A stretch of 64,000 nucleotides of DNA from Eledone cirrhosa (taxonomy: Eukaryota), in the NCBI GenBank assembly GCA_964016885.1, contig OZ024743.1, forward strand, positions 236,778,001 to 236,842,000, in the 5' to 3' direction. Below the pieces are notes generated by a model. It saw nothing but the letters and a program-made list of their open reading frames with translations. It was not told the origin of the DNA and searched no databases. Position numbers and translations under genes: made by a program. Shown here in pieces: positions 39,501 to 52,429 of the stretch (positions are counted from its first letter, which is position 1; every line of letters starts with the position of its first letter).

Positions 39501-42500
39501 AAGTCTAAAGTCTGTCTTATTATAGACAGCTACAGTACTGATTAGTCTGTCTAAGTCCAAAGTATGTCTTGTTATAGACAGCTACAGCATTGATTAGTCT
39601 GTCTACGTCTAAAGTCTGTCTTGTTATAGACAGCTACAGTATTGATTAGTCTGTCTAAGTCTAAAATCTGTCTTGTTATAGACAGCTGCAGTATTGATTA
39701 GTCTGTCTAAGTCTAAAGTCTGTCTTGTTATAGAGAGCTACAGTATTGATTAGTCTGTCGAAGTCTAAAGTCTGTCTTGTTATGGACAGCTACAGTATTG
39801 ATTAGTCTGTCTAAGTCTAAAGTCTGTCTTGTTATAGACAGCTACAGTATTGATTAGTCTGTCTAAGTTTAAAGTCTTTCTTATTATAGACAGCTACAGT
39901 AGTGATTAGTCTGTCTATGTCTAAAGTCTGTCTTATTATAGACAGCTACAGTATTGATTAGTCTGTTTCAGTCTAAAGTCTGCCTTAATATAGACAGCTA
40001 CAGTACTGATTAGTCTGTCTAAGTCTAAAGTCTGTCTTGTTATACACAGCTACAGTATTGATTAGTCTGTCTAAGTCTAAAGTCTGTCTTATTATAGACA
40101 GCTAGAGTATTGATTAGTCAGTCTAAGTCTAAAGTCTGTCTTGTTATAGACAGCTACAGTATTGACAATTCTGTCTATGTCTAAAGTCTGTCTTTTTATA
40201 GACCGCTACAGTATTGACAATAATGTCTAAGTCTAAAGTCTGTCTTATTATAGACCGCTACAGTATTGACAATAATGTCTAAGTCTGAAGTCTGTCTTAT
40301 TATAGACAGCTACAGTACTGATTAGTCTGTCTAAGTCTAAAGTCTCTCTTATTATAGACAGCTACAGTATTGACAATTCTCTCTAAGTCTAAAGTCTGTC
40401 TTATTATAGACAGCTACAGTATTGATTAGTCTGTTTAAGTCTAAAGTCTGTCTTATTATAGACAGCTACAGTACTGATTAGTCTGTCTAAGTCTAAAGTC
40501 TGTCTTGTTATACACAGCTACAGTATTGATCAGTCTGTCTAAGTCTAAAGTCTGTCTTATTATAGACCGCTACAGTATTGACAATAATGTCTAAGTCTAA
40601 AGTCTGTCTTATTATAGACAGCTACAGTACTGATTAGTCTGTCTAATTCTAAAGTCTGTCTTGTTATAGACAGCTACAGTACTGATTAGTCTGTCTGAGT
40701 CTAAAGTCTGTCTTGTTATAGACAGCTACAGCATTGATTAGTCTGTCTAAGTCTAAAGTCTGTCTTATTATAGACAGCTACAGTATTGATTAGTCTGTCT
40801 AAGTCTAAAGTCTGTCTTATCATAGACAGCTACAGTACTTATTAGTCTGTCTAAATCTAAAGTCTGTCTTATTATAGACAGCTACAGTATTGAGAATTCT
40901 GTCTAAGTCTAAAGTCTGTCTTGTTATAGAGGGCTACAGTATTGATTAGTCTGTCTAAGTCTAAAGTCTGTCTTGTTATAGACAACTACAGTATTGATTA
41001 GTCTGTCTAAGTCTAAAGTCTGTCTTATTATAGACCGCTACAGTATTGACAATAATGTCTAAGTCTAAAGTCTGTCTTATTATAGACAGCTACAGTACTG
41101 ATTAGTCTGTCTAAGTCTAAAGTCTGTCTTGTTATAGACAGCTACAGTATTGATTAGTCTGTCTAAGTCTAAAGTCTGTCTTGTTATAGACAGCTACAGT
41201 ATTGATTAGTTGTCTAAGTCTAAAGTCTGTCTTGTTATAGACAGCTACAGTATTGATTAGTCTGTCTAAGTCTAAAGTCTGTCTTGTTATAGACAGCTAC
41301 AGTATTGATTAGTCTGTCTAAGTCTAAAGTCTGTCTTGTTATAGACAGTTACAGTATTGATTAGTCTGTCTAAGTCAAAAGTCTGTCTTGTAGACAGTTA
41401 CAGTATTGATTAGTCTGTCTAAGTCTAAAGTCTGTCTTGCTATAGACAGCTACAGTATTGACAATTCTGTCTAAGTCTAAAGTATGTCTTATTATAGACA
41501 GCTGCATTGTTGATTAGACTGTCTAAGTCTAAAGTATGTCTTATTATAGACAGCTACAGTACTGTTTAGTCTGTCTAAGTCTAAAGTCTGTCTTCTATAG
41601 ACAGCTACAGTATTGACAATTCTGTCTAAGTCTAAAGTCTGTCTTATTATAGACAGCTACAGTATTGATTAGTCTATCTAAGTCTAAAGTATGTCTTGTT
41701 ATAGACAGCTCCAGTATTGATTAGTCTGTCTAAGTCTAAAATCTGTCTTGTTATAGACAGCTACAGTATTGATTAGTCTGTCTAAGTCTAAAGTCTGTCT
41801 TGTTATAGACAGCTACAGTATTGATTAGTCTGTCGAAGTCTAAAGTCTGTCTTGTTATGGACAGCTACAGTATTGATTAGTCTGTCTAAGTCTAAAGTCT
41901 GTCTTATTATAGACAGCTAGAGTATTGATTAGTCAGTCTAAGTCTAAAGTCTGTCTTGTTATAGACAGCTACATTATTGACAATTCTGTCTATGTCTAAA
42001 GTCTGTCTTTTTATAGACCGCTACAGTATTGACAATAATGTCTAAGTCTAAAGTCTGTCTTATTATAGACCCCTACAGTATTGACAATAATGTCTAAGTC
42101 TGAAGTCTGTCTTATTATAGACAGCTACAGTACTGATTAGTCTGTCTAAGTCTAAAGTTTGTCTTGTTATAGACAACTACAGTATTGATTAGTCTGTCTA
42201 AGTCTAAAGTCTGTCTTGCTATAGACAGCTACAGTATTGACAATTCTGTCTAAGTCTAAAGTATGTCTTATTATAGACAGCTGCATTGTTGATTAGACTG
42301 TCTAAGTCTAAAGTATGTCTTATTATAGACAGCTACAGTACTGATTAGTCTGTCTAAGTCTAAAGTCTGTCTTCTATAGACAGCTACAGTATTGACAATT
42401 CTGTCTAAGTCTAAAGTCTGTCTTATTATAGACAGCTACAGTATTGATTAGTCTATCTAAGTCTAAAGTATGTCTTGTTATAGACAGCTCCAGTATTGAT

Positions 42501-45500
42501 TAGTCTGTCTAAGTCTAAAATCTGTCTTGTTATAGACAGCTACAGTATTGATTAGTCTGTCTAAGTCTAAAGTCTGTCTTGTTATAGACAGCTACAGTAT
42601 TGATTAGTCTGTCGAAGTCTAAAGTCTGTCTTGTTATGGACAGCACAGCTACAGTATTGATTAGTCTGTCTAAGTCTAAAGTCTGTCTTGTTATAGACAG
42701 CTACAGTATTGATTAGTCTGTCTAAGTCTAAAGTCTGTCTTATTATAGACAGCTACAGTATTGACAATTCTGTGTAAGTCTAAAGTTGTCTTTTTATAGA
42801 CAGCTACAGTACTGATTAGTCTGTCTAAGTCTAAAGTCTGTCTTGTTATAGACAACTACACTATTGATTAGTCTGTCTAAGTCTAAAGTCTGTCTTGTTA
42901 TAGACAGCTACAGTATTGATTAGTCTTTCTAAGTTTAAAGTCTTTCTTATTATAGACAGCTACAGTACTGATTAGTCTGTCTAAGTCTAAAGTCTGTCTT
43001 ATTATAGACAGCTACAGTATTGACAATTCTCTCTAAGTCTAAAGTCTGTCTTATTATAGACAGCTACAGTACTGATTAGTCTGTCTAAGTCTAAAGTATG
43101 TCTTGTTATAGACAGCTACAGCATTGATTAGTCTGTCTAAGTCTAAAGTCTGTCTTGTTATAGACAGCTACAGTATTGATTAGTCTGTCTAAGTCTAAAA
43201 TCTGTCTTGTTATAGACAGCTACAGTATTGATTAATCTGTCTAAGTCTAAAGTCTGTCTTGTTATAGACAGCTACAGTATTGATTAGTCTGTCGAAGTCT
43301 AAAGTCTGTCTTGTTATGGACAGCTACAGTATTGATTAGTCTGTCTAAGTCTAAAGTCTGTCTTGTTATAGACAGCTACAGTATTGATTAGTCTGTCTAA
43401 GTTTAAAGTCTTTCTTATTATAGACAGCTACAGTACTGATTAGTCTGTCTATGTCTAAAGTCTGTCTTATTATAGACAGCTACAGTATTGATTAGTCTGT
43501 TTCAGTCTAAAGTCTGCCTTAATATAGACAGCTACAGTACTGATTAGTCTGTCTAAGTCTAAAGTCTGTCTTGTTATACACAGCTACAGTATTGATTAGT
43601 CTGTTTAAGTCTAAAGTCTGTCTTATTATAGACAGCTAGAGTATTGATTAGTCAGTCTAAGTCTAAAGTCTGTCTTGTTATAGACAGCTACAGTATTGAC
43701 AATTCTGTCTATGTCTAAAGTCTGTCTTTTTATAGACCGCTACAGTATTGACAATAATGTCTAAGTCTAAAGTATGTCTTATTATAGACCGCTACAGTAT
43801 TGACAATAATGTCTAAGTCTAAAGTCTGTCTTATTATAGACAGCTACAGTACTGATTAGTCTGTCTAAGTCTAAAGTCGGTCTTGATATAGACAGCTACA
43901 GTATTGACAATTCTGTCTAAGTCTAAAGTATGTCTTATTATAGACAGCTACATTGTTGATTAGTCTGTCTAAGTCTAAAGTATGTCTTATTATAGACAGC
44001 TACAGTACTGATTAGTCTGTCTAAGTCTAAAGTCTGTCTTGTTATAGACAGCTACAGTATTGACAATTCTGTCTAAGTCTAAAGTCTGTCTTATTATAGA
44101 CAGCTACAGTATTGATTAGTCTGTTTAAGTCTAAAGTCTGTCTTATTATAGACAGCTACAGTACTGATTAGTCTGTCTAAGTCTAAAGTGTGTCTTGTTA
44201 TAGACAGCTACAGCATTGATTAGTCTGTCTAAGTCTAAAGTCTGTCTTATTATAGACAGCTACAGTATTGATTAGTCTGTCTAAGTCTAAAGTCTGTCTT
44301 ATTATAGACAGTGACAGTACTGATTCGTCCGTCTAAGTCTAAAGTCTGTCTTATTATAGACAGCTACAGTATTGACAATTCTCTCTAAGTCTAAAGTCTG
44401 TCTTATTATAGACAGCTACAGTATTGATTAGTCTGTTTAAGTCTAAAGTCTGTCTTATTATAGACAGCTACAGTACTGATTAGTCTGTCTAATTCTAAAG
44501 TCTGTCTTGTTATAGACAACTACAGTATTAATTAGTCTGTCTACGTCTAAAGTCTGTCTTATTATAGACAGCTACAGTATTGTCAATTCTGTCTAAGTCT
44601 AAAGTCTGTCTTATTATAGACAGCTACAGTAATGATTAGTCTGTCTAAGTCTAAAGTCTGTCTTGTTATAGACAGCTACAGTACTGATTAGTCTGTCTAA
44701 GACTAAAGTCTGTCTTGTTATAGACAACTACACTATTGATTAGTCTGTCTAAGTCTAAAGTCTGTCTTGTTATAGACAGCTACAGTATTGATTAGTCTTT
44801 CTAAGTTTAAAGTCTTTCTTATTATAGACAGCTACAGTACTGATTAGTCTGTCTAAGTCTAAAGTCTGTCTTATTATAGACAGCTACAGTATTGACAATT
44901 CTCTCTAAGTCTAAAGTCTGTCTTATTATAGACAGCTACAGTACTGATTAGTCTGTCTAAGTCCAAAGTATGTCTTGTTATAGACAGCTACAGCATTGAT
45001 TAGTCTGTCTACGTCTAAAGTCTGTCTTGTTATAGACAGCTACAGTATTGATTAGTCTGTCTAAGTCTAAAATCTGTCTTGTTATAGACAGCTGCAGTAT
45101 TGATTAGTCTGTCTAAGTCTAAAGTCTGTCTTGTTATAGAGAGCTACAGTATTGATTAGTCTGTCGAAGTCTAAAGTCTGTCTTGTTATGGACAGCTACA
45201 GTATTGATTAGTCTGTCTAAGTCTAAAGTCTGTCTTGTTATAGACAGCTACAGTATTGATTAGTCTGTCTAAGTTTAAAGTCTTTCTTATTATAGACAGC
45301 TACAGTAGTGATTAGTCTGTCTATGTCTAAAGTCTGTCTTATTATAGACAACTACAGTATTGACAATTCTCTCTAAGCCTAAAGTCTGTCTTATTATAGA
45401 CAGCTACAGTATTGATTAGTCTGTTTCAGTCTAAAGTCTGCCTTAATATAGACAGCTACAGTACTGATTAGTCTGTCTAAGTCTAAAGTCTGTCTTGTTA

Positions 45501-47320
45501 TACACAGCTACAGTATTGATTAGTCTGTCTAAGTCTAAAGTCTGTCTTATTATAGACAGCTAGAGTATTGATTAGTCAGTCTAAGTCTAAAGTCTGTCTT
45601 GTTATAGACAGCTACAGTATTGACAATTCTGTCTATGTCTAAAGTCTGTCTTTTTATAGACCGCTACAGTATTGACAATAATGTCTAAGTCTAAAGTCTG
45701 TCTTATTATAGACCGCTACAGTATTGACAATAATGTCTAAGTCTGAAGTCTGTCTTATTATAGACAGCTACAGTACTGATTAGTCTGTCTAAGTCTAAAG
45801 TCTGTCTTATTATAGACAGCTACAGTATTGACAATTCTCTCTAAGTCTAAAGTCTGTCTTATTATAGACAGCTACAGTATTGATTAGTCTGTTTAAGTCT
45901 AAAGTCTGTCTTATTATAGACAGCTACAGTACTGATTAGTCTGTCTAAGTCTAAAGTCTGTCTTGTTATACACAGCTACAGTATTGATTAGTCTGTCTAA
46001 GTCTAAAGTCTGTCTTATTATAGACCGCTACAGTATTGACAATAATGTCTAAGTCTAAAGTCTGTCTTATTATAGACAGCTACAGTACTGATTAGTCTGT
46101 CTAATTCTAAAGTCTGTCTTGTTATAGACAGCTACAGTACTGATTAGTCTGTCTGAGTCTAAAGTCTGTCTTGTTATAGACAGCTACAGCATTGATTAGT
46201 CTGTCTAAGTCTAAAGTCTGTCTTATTATAGACAGCTACAGTATTGATTAGTCTGTCTAAGTCTAAAGTCTGTCTTATCATTGACAGCTACAGTACTTAT
46301 TAGTCTGTCTAAATCTAAAGTCTGTCTTATTATAGACAGCTACAGTATTGAGAATTCTGTCTAAGTCTAAAGTCTGTCTTGTTATAGAGGGCTACAGTAT
46401 TGATTAGTCTGTCTAAGTCTAAAGTCTGTCTTGTTATAGACAACTACAGTATTGATTAGTCTGTCTAAGTCTAAAGTCTGTCTTATTATAGACCGCTACA
46501 GTATTGACAATAATGTCTAAGTCTAAAGTCTGTCTTATTATAGACAGCTACAGTACTGATTAGTCTGTCTAAGTCTAAAGTCTGTCTTGTTATAGACAGC
46601 TACAGTATTGATTAGTCTGTCTAAGTCTAAAGTCTGTCTTGTTATATACAGCTACAGTATTGATTAGTTGTCTAAGTCTAAAGTCTGTCTTGTTATAGAC
46701 AGCTACAGTATTGATTAGTCTGTCTAAGTCTAAAGTCTGTCTTGTTATAGACAGCTACAGTATTGATTAGTCTGTCTAAGTCTAAAGTCTGTCTTGTTAT
46801 AGACAGTTACAGTATTGATTAGTCTGTCTAAGTCAAAAGTCTGTCTTGTAGACAGTTACAGTATTGATTAGTCTGTCTAAGTCTAAAGTCTGTCTTGCTA
46901 TAGACAGCTACAGTATTGACAATTCTGTCTAAGTCTAAAGTATGTCTTATTATAGACAGCTGCATTGTTGATTAGACTGTCTAAGTCTAAAGTATGTCTT
47001 ATTATAGACAGCTACAGTACTGTTTAGTCTGTCTAAGTCTAAAGTCTGTCTTCTATAGACAGCTACAGTATTGACAATTCTGTCTAAGTCTAAAGTCTGT
47101 CTTATTATAGACAGCTACAGTATTGATTAGTCTATCTAAGTCTAAAGTATGTCTTGTTATAGACAGCTCCAGTATTGATTAGTCTGTCTAAGTCTAAAAT
47201 CTGTCTTGTTATAGACAGCTACAGTATTGATTAGTCTGTCTAAGTCTAAAGTCTGTCTTGTTATAGACAGCTACAGTATTGATTAGTCTGTCGAAGTCTA
47301 AAGTCTGTCTTGTTATGGAC
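36248..47320. repeat. Tandem duplication of about 5.5 kb (36,248-41,861 and 41,862-47,320), followed by a related partial copy to ~50.6 kb
   Basis: The 5-bp insertion TATGGACAGCACAGC occurs at 37021/42635 (offset 5,614). After a 4-monomer loss near 42,830 the offset is 5,406 (GTCGGT, CTACGT, TATTGTCAA, GTCCAAAG). It then becomes 5,458 (GTCTGAGTCT, CTAAATCTA, ACTGTTTAG, GTCAAAAG 41374/46832). Confidence 0.9.
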
Positions 47321-50300
47321 AGCTACAGTATTGATTAGTCTGTCTAAGTCTAAAGTCTGTCTTGTTATAGACAGCTACAGTATTGATTAGTCTGTCTAAG
47401 TCTAAAGTCTGTCTTATTATAGACAGCTACAGTATTGACAATTCTGTGTAAGTCTAAAGTTGTCTTTTTATAGACAGCTACAGTACTGATTAGTCTGTCT
47501 AAGTCTAAAGTCTGTTTTGTTATAGACAGCTACAGTATTGATTAGTCTGTCTAAGTCTAAAGTCTGTCTTATTATAGACAGCTACAGTACTGATTAGTCT
47601 GTCTAAGTCTAAAGTCTGTCTTACTATAGACAGCTACAGTAATGATTAGTCTGTCTAAGTCTAAAGTCTGTCTTGTTATAGACAGCTACAGTACTGATTA
47701 GTCTGTCTAAGTCTAAAGTCTGTCTTGTTATAGACAACTACACTATTGATTAGTCTAAGTCTAAAGTCTGTCTTGTTATAGACAGCTACAGTATTGATTA
47801 GTCTTTCTAAGTTTAAAGTCTTTCTTATTATAGACAGCTACAGTACTGATTAGTCTGTCTAAGTCTAAAGTCTGTCTTATTATAGACAGCTACAGTATTG
47901 ACAATTCTCTCTAAGTCTAAAGTCTGTCTTATTATAGACAGCTACAGTACTGATTAGTCTGTCTAAGTCTAAAGTATGTCTTGTTATAGACAGCTACAGC
48001 ATTGATTAGTCTGTCTAAGTCTAAAGTCTGTCTTGTTATAGACAGCTACAGTATTGATTAGTCTGTCTAAGTCTAAAATCTGTCTTGTTATAGACAGCTA
48101 CAGTATTGATTAATCTGTCTAAGTCTAAAGTCTGTCTTGTTATAGACAGCTACAGTATTGATTAGTCTGTCGAAGTCTAAAGTCTGTCTTGTTATGGACA
48201 GCTACAGTATTGATTTGTCTGTCTAAGTCTAAAGTCTGTCTTGTTATAGACAGCTACAGTATTGATTAGTCTGTCTAAGTTTAAAGTCTTTCTTATTATA
48301 GACAGCTACAGTACTGATTAGTCTGTCTATGTCTAAAGTCTGTCTTATTATAGACAGCTACAGTATTGATTAGTCTGTTTCAGTCTAAAGTCTGCCTTAA
48401 TATAGACAGCTACAGTACTGATTAGTCTGTCTAAGTCTAAAGTCTGTCTTGTTATACACAGCTACAGTATTGATTAGTCTGTCTAAGTCTAAAGTCTGTC
48501 TTATTATAGACAGCTAGAATATTGATTAGTCAGTCTAAGTCTAAAGTCTGTCTTGTTATAGACAGCTACAGTATTGACAATTCTGTCTATGTCTAAAGTC
48601 TGTCTTTTTATAGACCGCTACAGTATTGACAATAATGTCTAAGTCTAAAGTATGTCTTATTATAGACCGCTACAGTATTGACAATAATGTCTAAGTCTAA
48701 AGTCTGTCTTATTATAGACAGCTACAGTACTGATTAGTCTGTCTAAGTCTAAAGTCGGTCTTGCTATAGACAGCTACAGTATTGACAATTCTGTCTAAGT
48801 CTAAAGTATGTCTTATTATAGACAGCTACATTGTTGATTAGTCTGTCTAAGTCTAAAGTATGTCTTATTATAGACAGCTACAGTACTGATTAGTCTGTCT
48901 AAGTCTAAAGTCTGTCTTGTTATAGACAGCTACAGTATTGACAATTCTGTCTAAGTCTAAAGTCTGTCTTATTATAGACAGCTACAGTATTGATTAGTCT
49001 ATCTAAGTCTAAAGTCTGTCTTGTTATAGACAGCTCCAGTATTGATTAGTCTGTCTAAGTCTAAAATCTGTCTTGTTATAGACAGCTACAGTATTGATTA
49101 GTCTGTCTAAGTCTAAAGTCTGTCTTGTTATAGACAGCTACAGTATTGATTAGTCTGTCGAAGTCTAAAGTCTGTCTTGTTATGGACAGCTACAGTATTG
49201 ATTAGTCTGTCTAAGTCTAAAATCTGTCTTGTTATAGACAGCTACAGTATTGATTAGTCTGTCTAAGTCTAAAGTCTGTCTTATTATAGACAGCTACAGT
49301 ATTGACAATTCTGTGTAAGTCTAAAGTCTGTCTTATTATAGACAGCTACAGTACTGATTAGTCTGTCTAATTCTAAAGTCTGTCTTGTTATAGACAACTA
49401 CAGTATTAATTAGTCTGTCTAAGTCTAAAGTCTGTCTTATTATAGACAGCTACAGTATTGTCAATTCTGTCTAAGTCTAAAGTCTGTCTTATTATAGACA
49501 GCTACAGTAATGATTAGTCTGTCTAAGTCTAAAGTCTGTCTTGTTATAGACAGCTACGGTACTGATTAGTCTGTCTAAGTCTAAAGTCTGTCTTGTTATA
49601 GACAACTACACTATTGATTAGTCTGTCTAAGTCTAAAGTCTGTCTTGTTATAGACAGCTACAGTATTGATTAGTCTTTCTAAGTTTAAAGTCTTTCTTAT
49701 TATAGACAGCTACAGTACTGATTAGTCTGTCTAAGTCTAAAGTCTGTCTTATTATAGACAGCTACAGTATTGACAATTCTCTCTAAGTCTAAAGTCTGTC
49801 TTATTATAGACAGCTACAGTACTGATTAGTCTGTCTAAGTCCAAAGTATGTCTTGTTATAGACAGCTACAGCATTGATTAGTCTGTCTACGTCTAAAGTC
49901 TGTCTTGTTATAGACAGCTACAGTATTGATTAGTCTGTCTAAGTCTAAAATCTGTCTTGTTATATACAGCTGCAGTATTGATTAGTCTGTCTAAGTCTAA
50001 AGTCTGTCTTGTTATAGAGAGCTACTGTATTGATTAGTCTGTCGAAGTCTAAAGTCTGTCTTGTTATGGACAGCTACAGTATTGATTAGTCTGTCTAAGT
50101 CTAAAGTCTGTCTTGTTATAGACAGCTACAGTATTGATTAGTCTGTCTAAGTTTAAAGTCTTTCTTATTATAGACAGCTACAGTAGTGATTAGTCTGTCT
50201 ATGTCTAAAGTCTGTCTTATTATAGACAACTACAGTATTGACAATTCTCTCTAAGCCTAAAGTCTGTCTTATTATAGACAGCTACAGTATTGATTAGTCT

Positions 50301-52429
50301 GTTTCAGTCTAAAGTCTGCCTTAATATAGACAGCTACAGTACTGATTAGTCTGTCTAAGTCTAAAGTCTGTCTTGTTATACACAGCTACAGTATTGATTA
50401 GTCTGTCTAAGTCTAAAGTCTGTCTTATTATAGACAGCTAGAGTATTGATTAGTCAGTCTAAGTCTAAAGTCTGTCTTGTTATAGACAGCTACAGTATTG
50501 ACAATTCTGTCTATGTCTAAAGTCTGTCTTTTTATAGACCGCTACAGTATTGACAATAATGTCTAAGTCTAAAGTCTGTCTTATTATAGACCGCTACAGT
50601 ATTGACAATAATGTCTAAGTCTGAAGTCTGTCTTATTATAGACAGCTACAGTACTGATTAGTCTGTCTAAGTCTAAAGTTTGTCTTGTTATAGACAACTA
50701 CAGTATTGATTAGTCTGTCTAAGTCTAAAGTCTGTCTTATTATACACAGCTACAGTATTGACAATTCCGTCTAAGTCTAAAGTCTGTATTATTATAGAGA
50801 GCTACAGTACTGATTAGTCTGTCTAATTCTAAAGTATGTCTTGTTATAGACAGCTACAGTACTGATTAGTCTGTCTAAGTCTAAAGTCTGTCTTGTTATA
50901 GACAGCTACAGCATTGATTAGTCTGTCTAAGTCTAAAGTCTGTCTTATTATAGACAGCTACAGTATTGATTAGTCTGTCTAAGTCTAAAGTCTGTCTTAT
51001 CATAGACAGCTACAGTACTTATTAGTCTGTCTAAGTCTAAAGTCTCTCTTATTATAGACAGCTACAGTATTGACAATTCTCTCTAAGTCTAAAGTCTGTC
51101 TTATTATAGACAGCTACAGTATTGATTAGTCTGTTTAAGTCTAAAGTCTGTCTTATTATAGACAGCTACAGTACTGATTAGTCTGTCTAAGTCTAAAGTG
51201 TGTCTTGTTATAGACAGCTACAGCATTGATTAGTCTGTCTAAGTCTAAAGTCTGTCTTATTATAGACAGCTACAGTATTGATTAGTCTGTCTAAGTCTAA
51301 AGTCTGTCTTATTATAGACAGTGACAGTACTGATTCGTCCGTCTAAGTCTAAAGTCTGTCTTATTATAGACAGCTACAGTATTGACAATTCTCTCTAAGT
51401 CTAAAGTCTGTCTTATTATAGACAGCTACAGTATTGATTAGTCTGTTTAAGTCTAAAGTCTGTCTTATTATAGACAGCTACAGTACTGATTAGTCTGTCT
51501 AAGTCTAAAGTCTGTCTTGTTATACACAGCTACAGTATTGATTAGTCTGTCTAAGTCTAAAGTCTGCCTTATTATAGACAGCTAGAGTATTGACAATTCT
51601 GTCTAAGTCTAAAGCCTGTCTTGTTATAGACAGCTACAGTATTGATTAGTCTGTCTAAGTCTAAAGTCTGTCTTGTTATAGACAGCTACAGTATTGATTA
51701 GTCTGTCTAAGTCTAAAGTCTGTCTTGTTATAGACAGCTACAGTATTGATTCGTTGTCTAAGTCTAAAGTCTGTCTTGTTATAGACAGCTACAGTATTGA
51801 TTAGTCTGTCTAAGTCTAAAGTCTGTCTTGTTATAGACAGCTACAGTATTGATTAGTCTGTCTAAGTCTAAAGTCTGTCTTGTTATAGACAGTTACAGTA
51901 TTGATTAGTCTGTCTAAGTCAAAAGTCTGTCTTGTAGACAGTTACAGTATTGATTAGTCTGTCTAAGTCTAAAGTCTGTCTTGTTATAGACAGCTACAGT
52001 ATTGATTAGTCTGTCGAAGTCTAAAGTCTGTCTTATTATAGACAGCTACAGTATTGATTAGTCTGTCTAAGTCTAAAGTCTGTCTTGTTATAGACAGCTA
52101 CAGTATTGATTAGTCTGTCGAAGTCTAAAGTCTGTCTTGTTATGGACAGCTACAGTATTGATTAGTCTGTCTAAGTCTAAAGTCTGTCTTGTTATAGACA
52201 GCTACAGTATTGTTAGTCTGTCTAAGTCTAAAGTCTGTCTTGTTATAGACAGCTACAGTATTGATTAGTCTGTCTAAGTCTAAAGTCTGTCATGTTATAG
52301 ACAGCTACAGTATTGATTAGTCTGTCTAAGTCTAAAGTCTGTCTTATTATAGACAGCTACAGTATTGACAATTCTGTCTAAGTCTAAAGTATGTCTTGTT
52401 ATAAACAACTACAGTATTGATTAGTCTGT

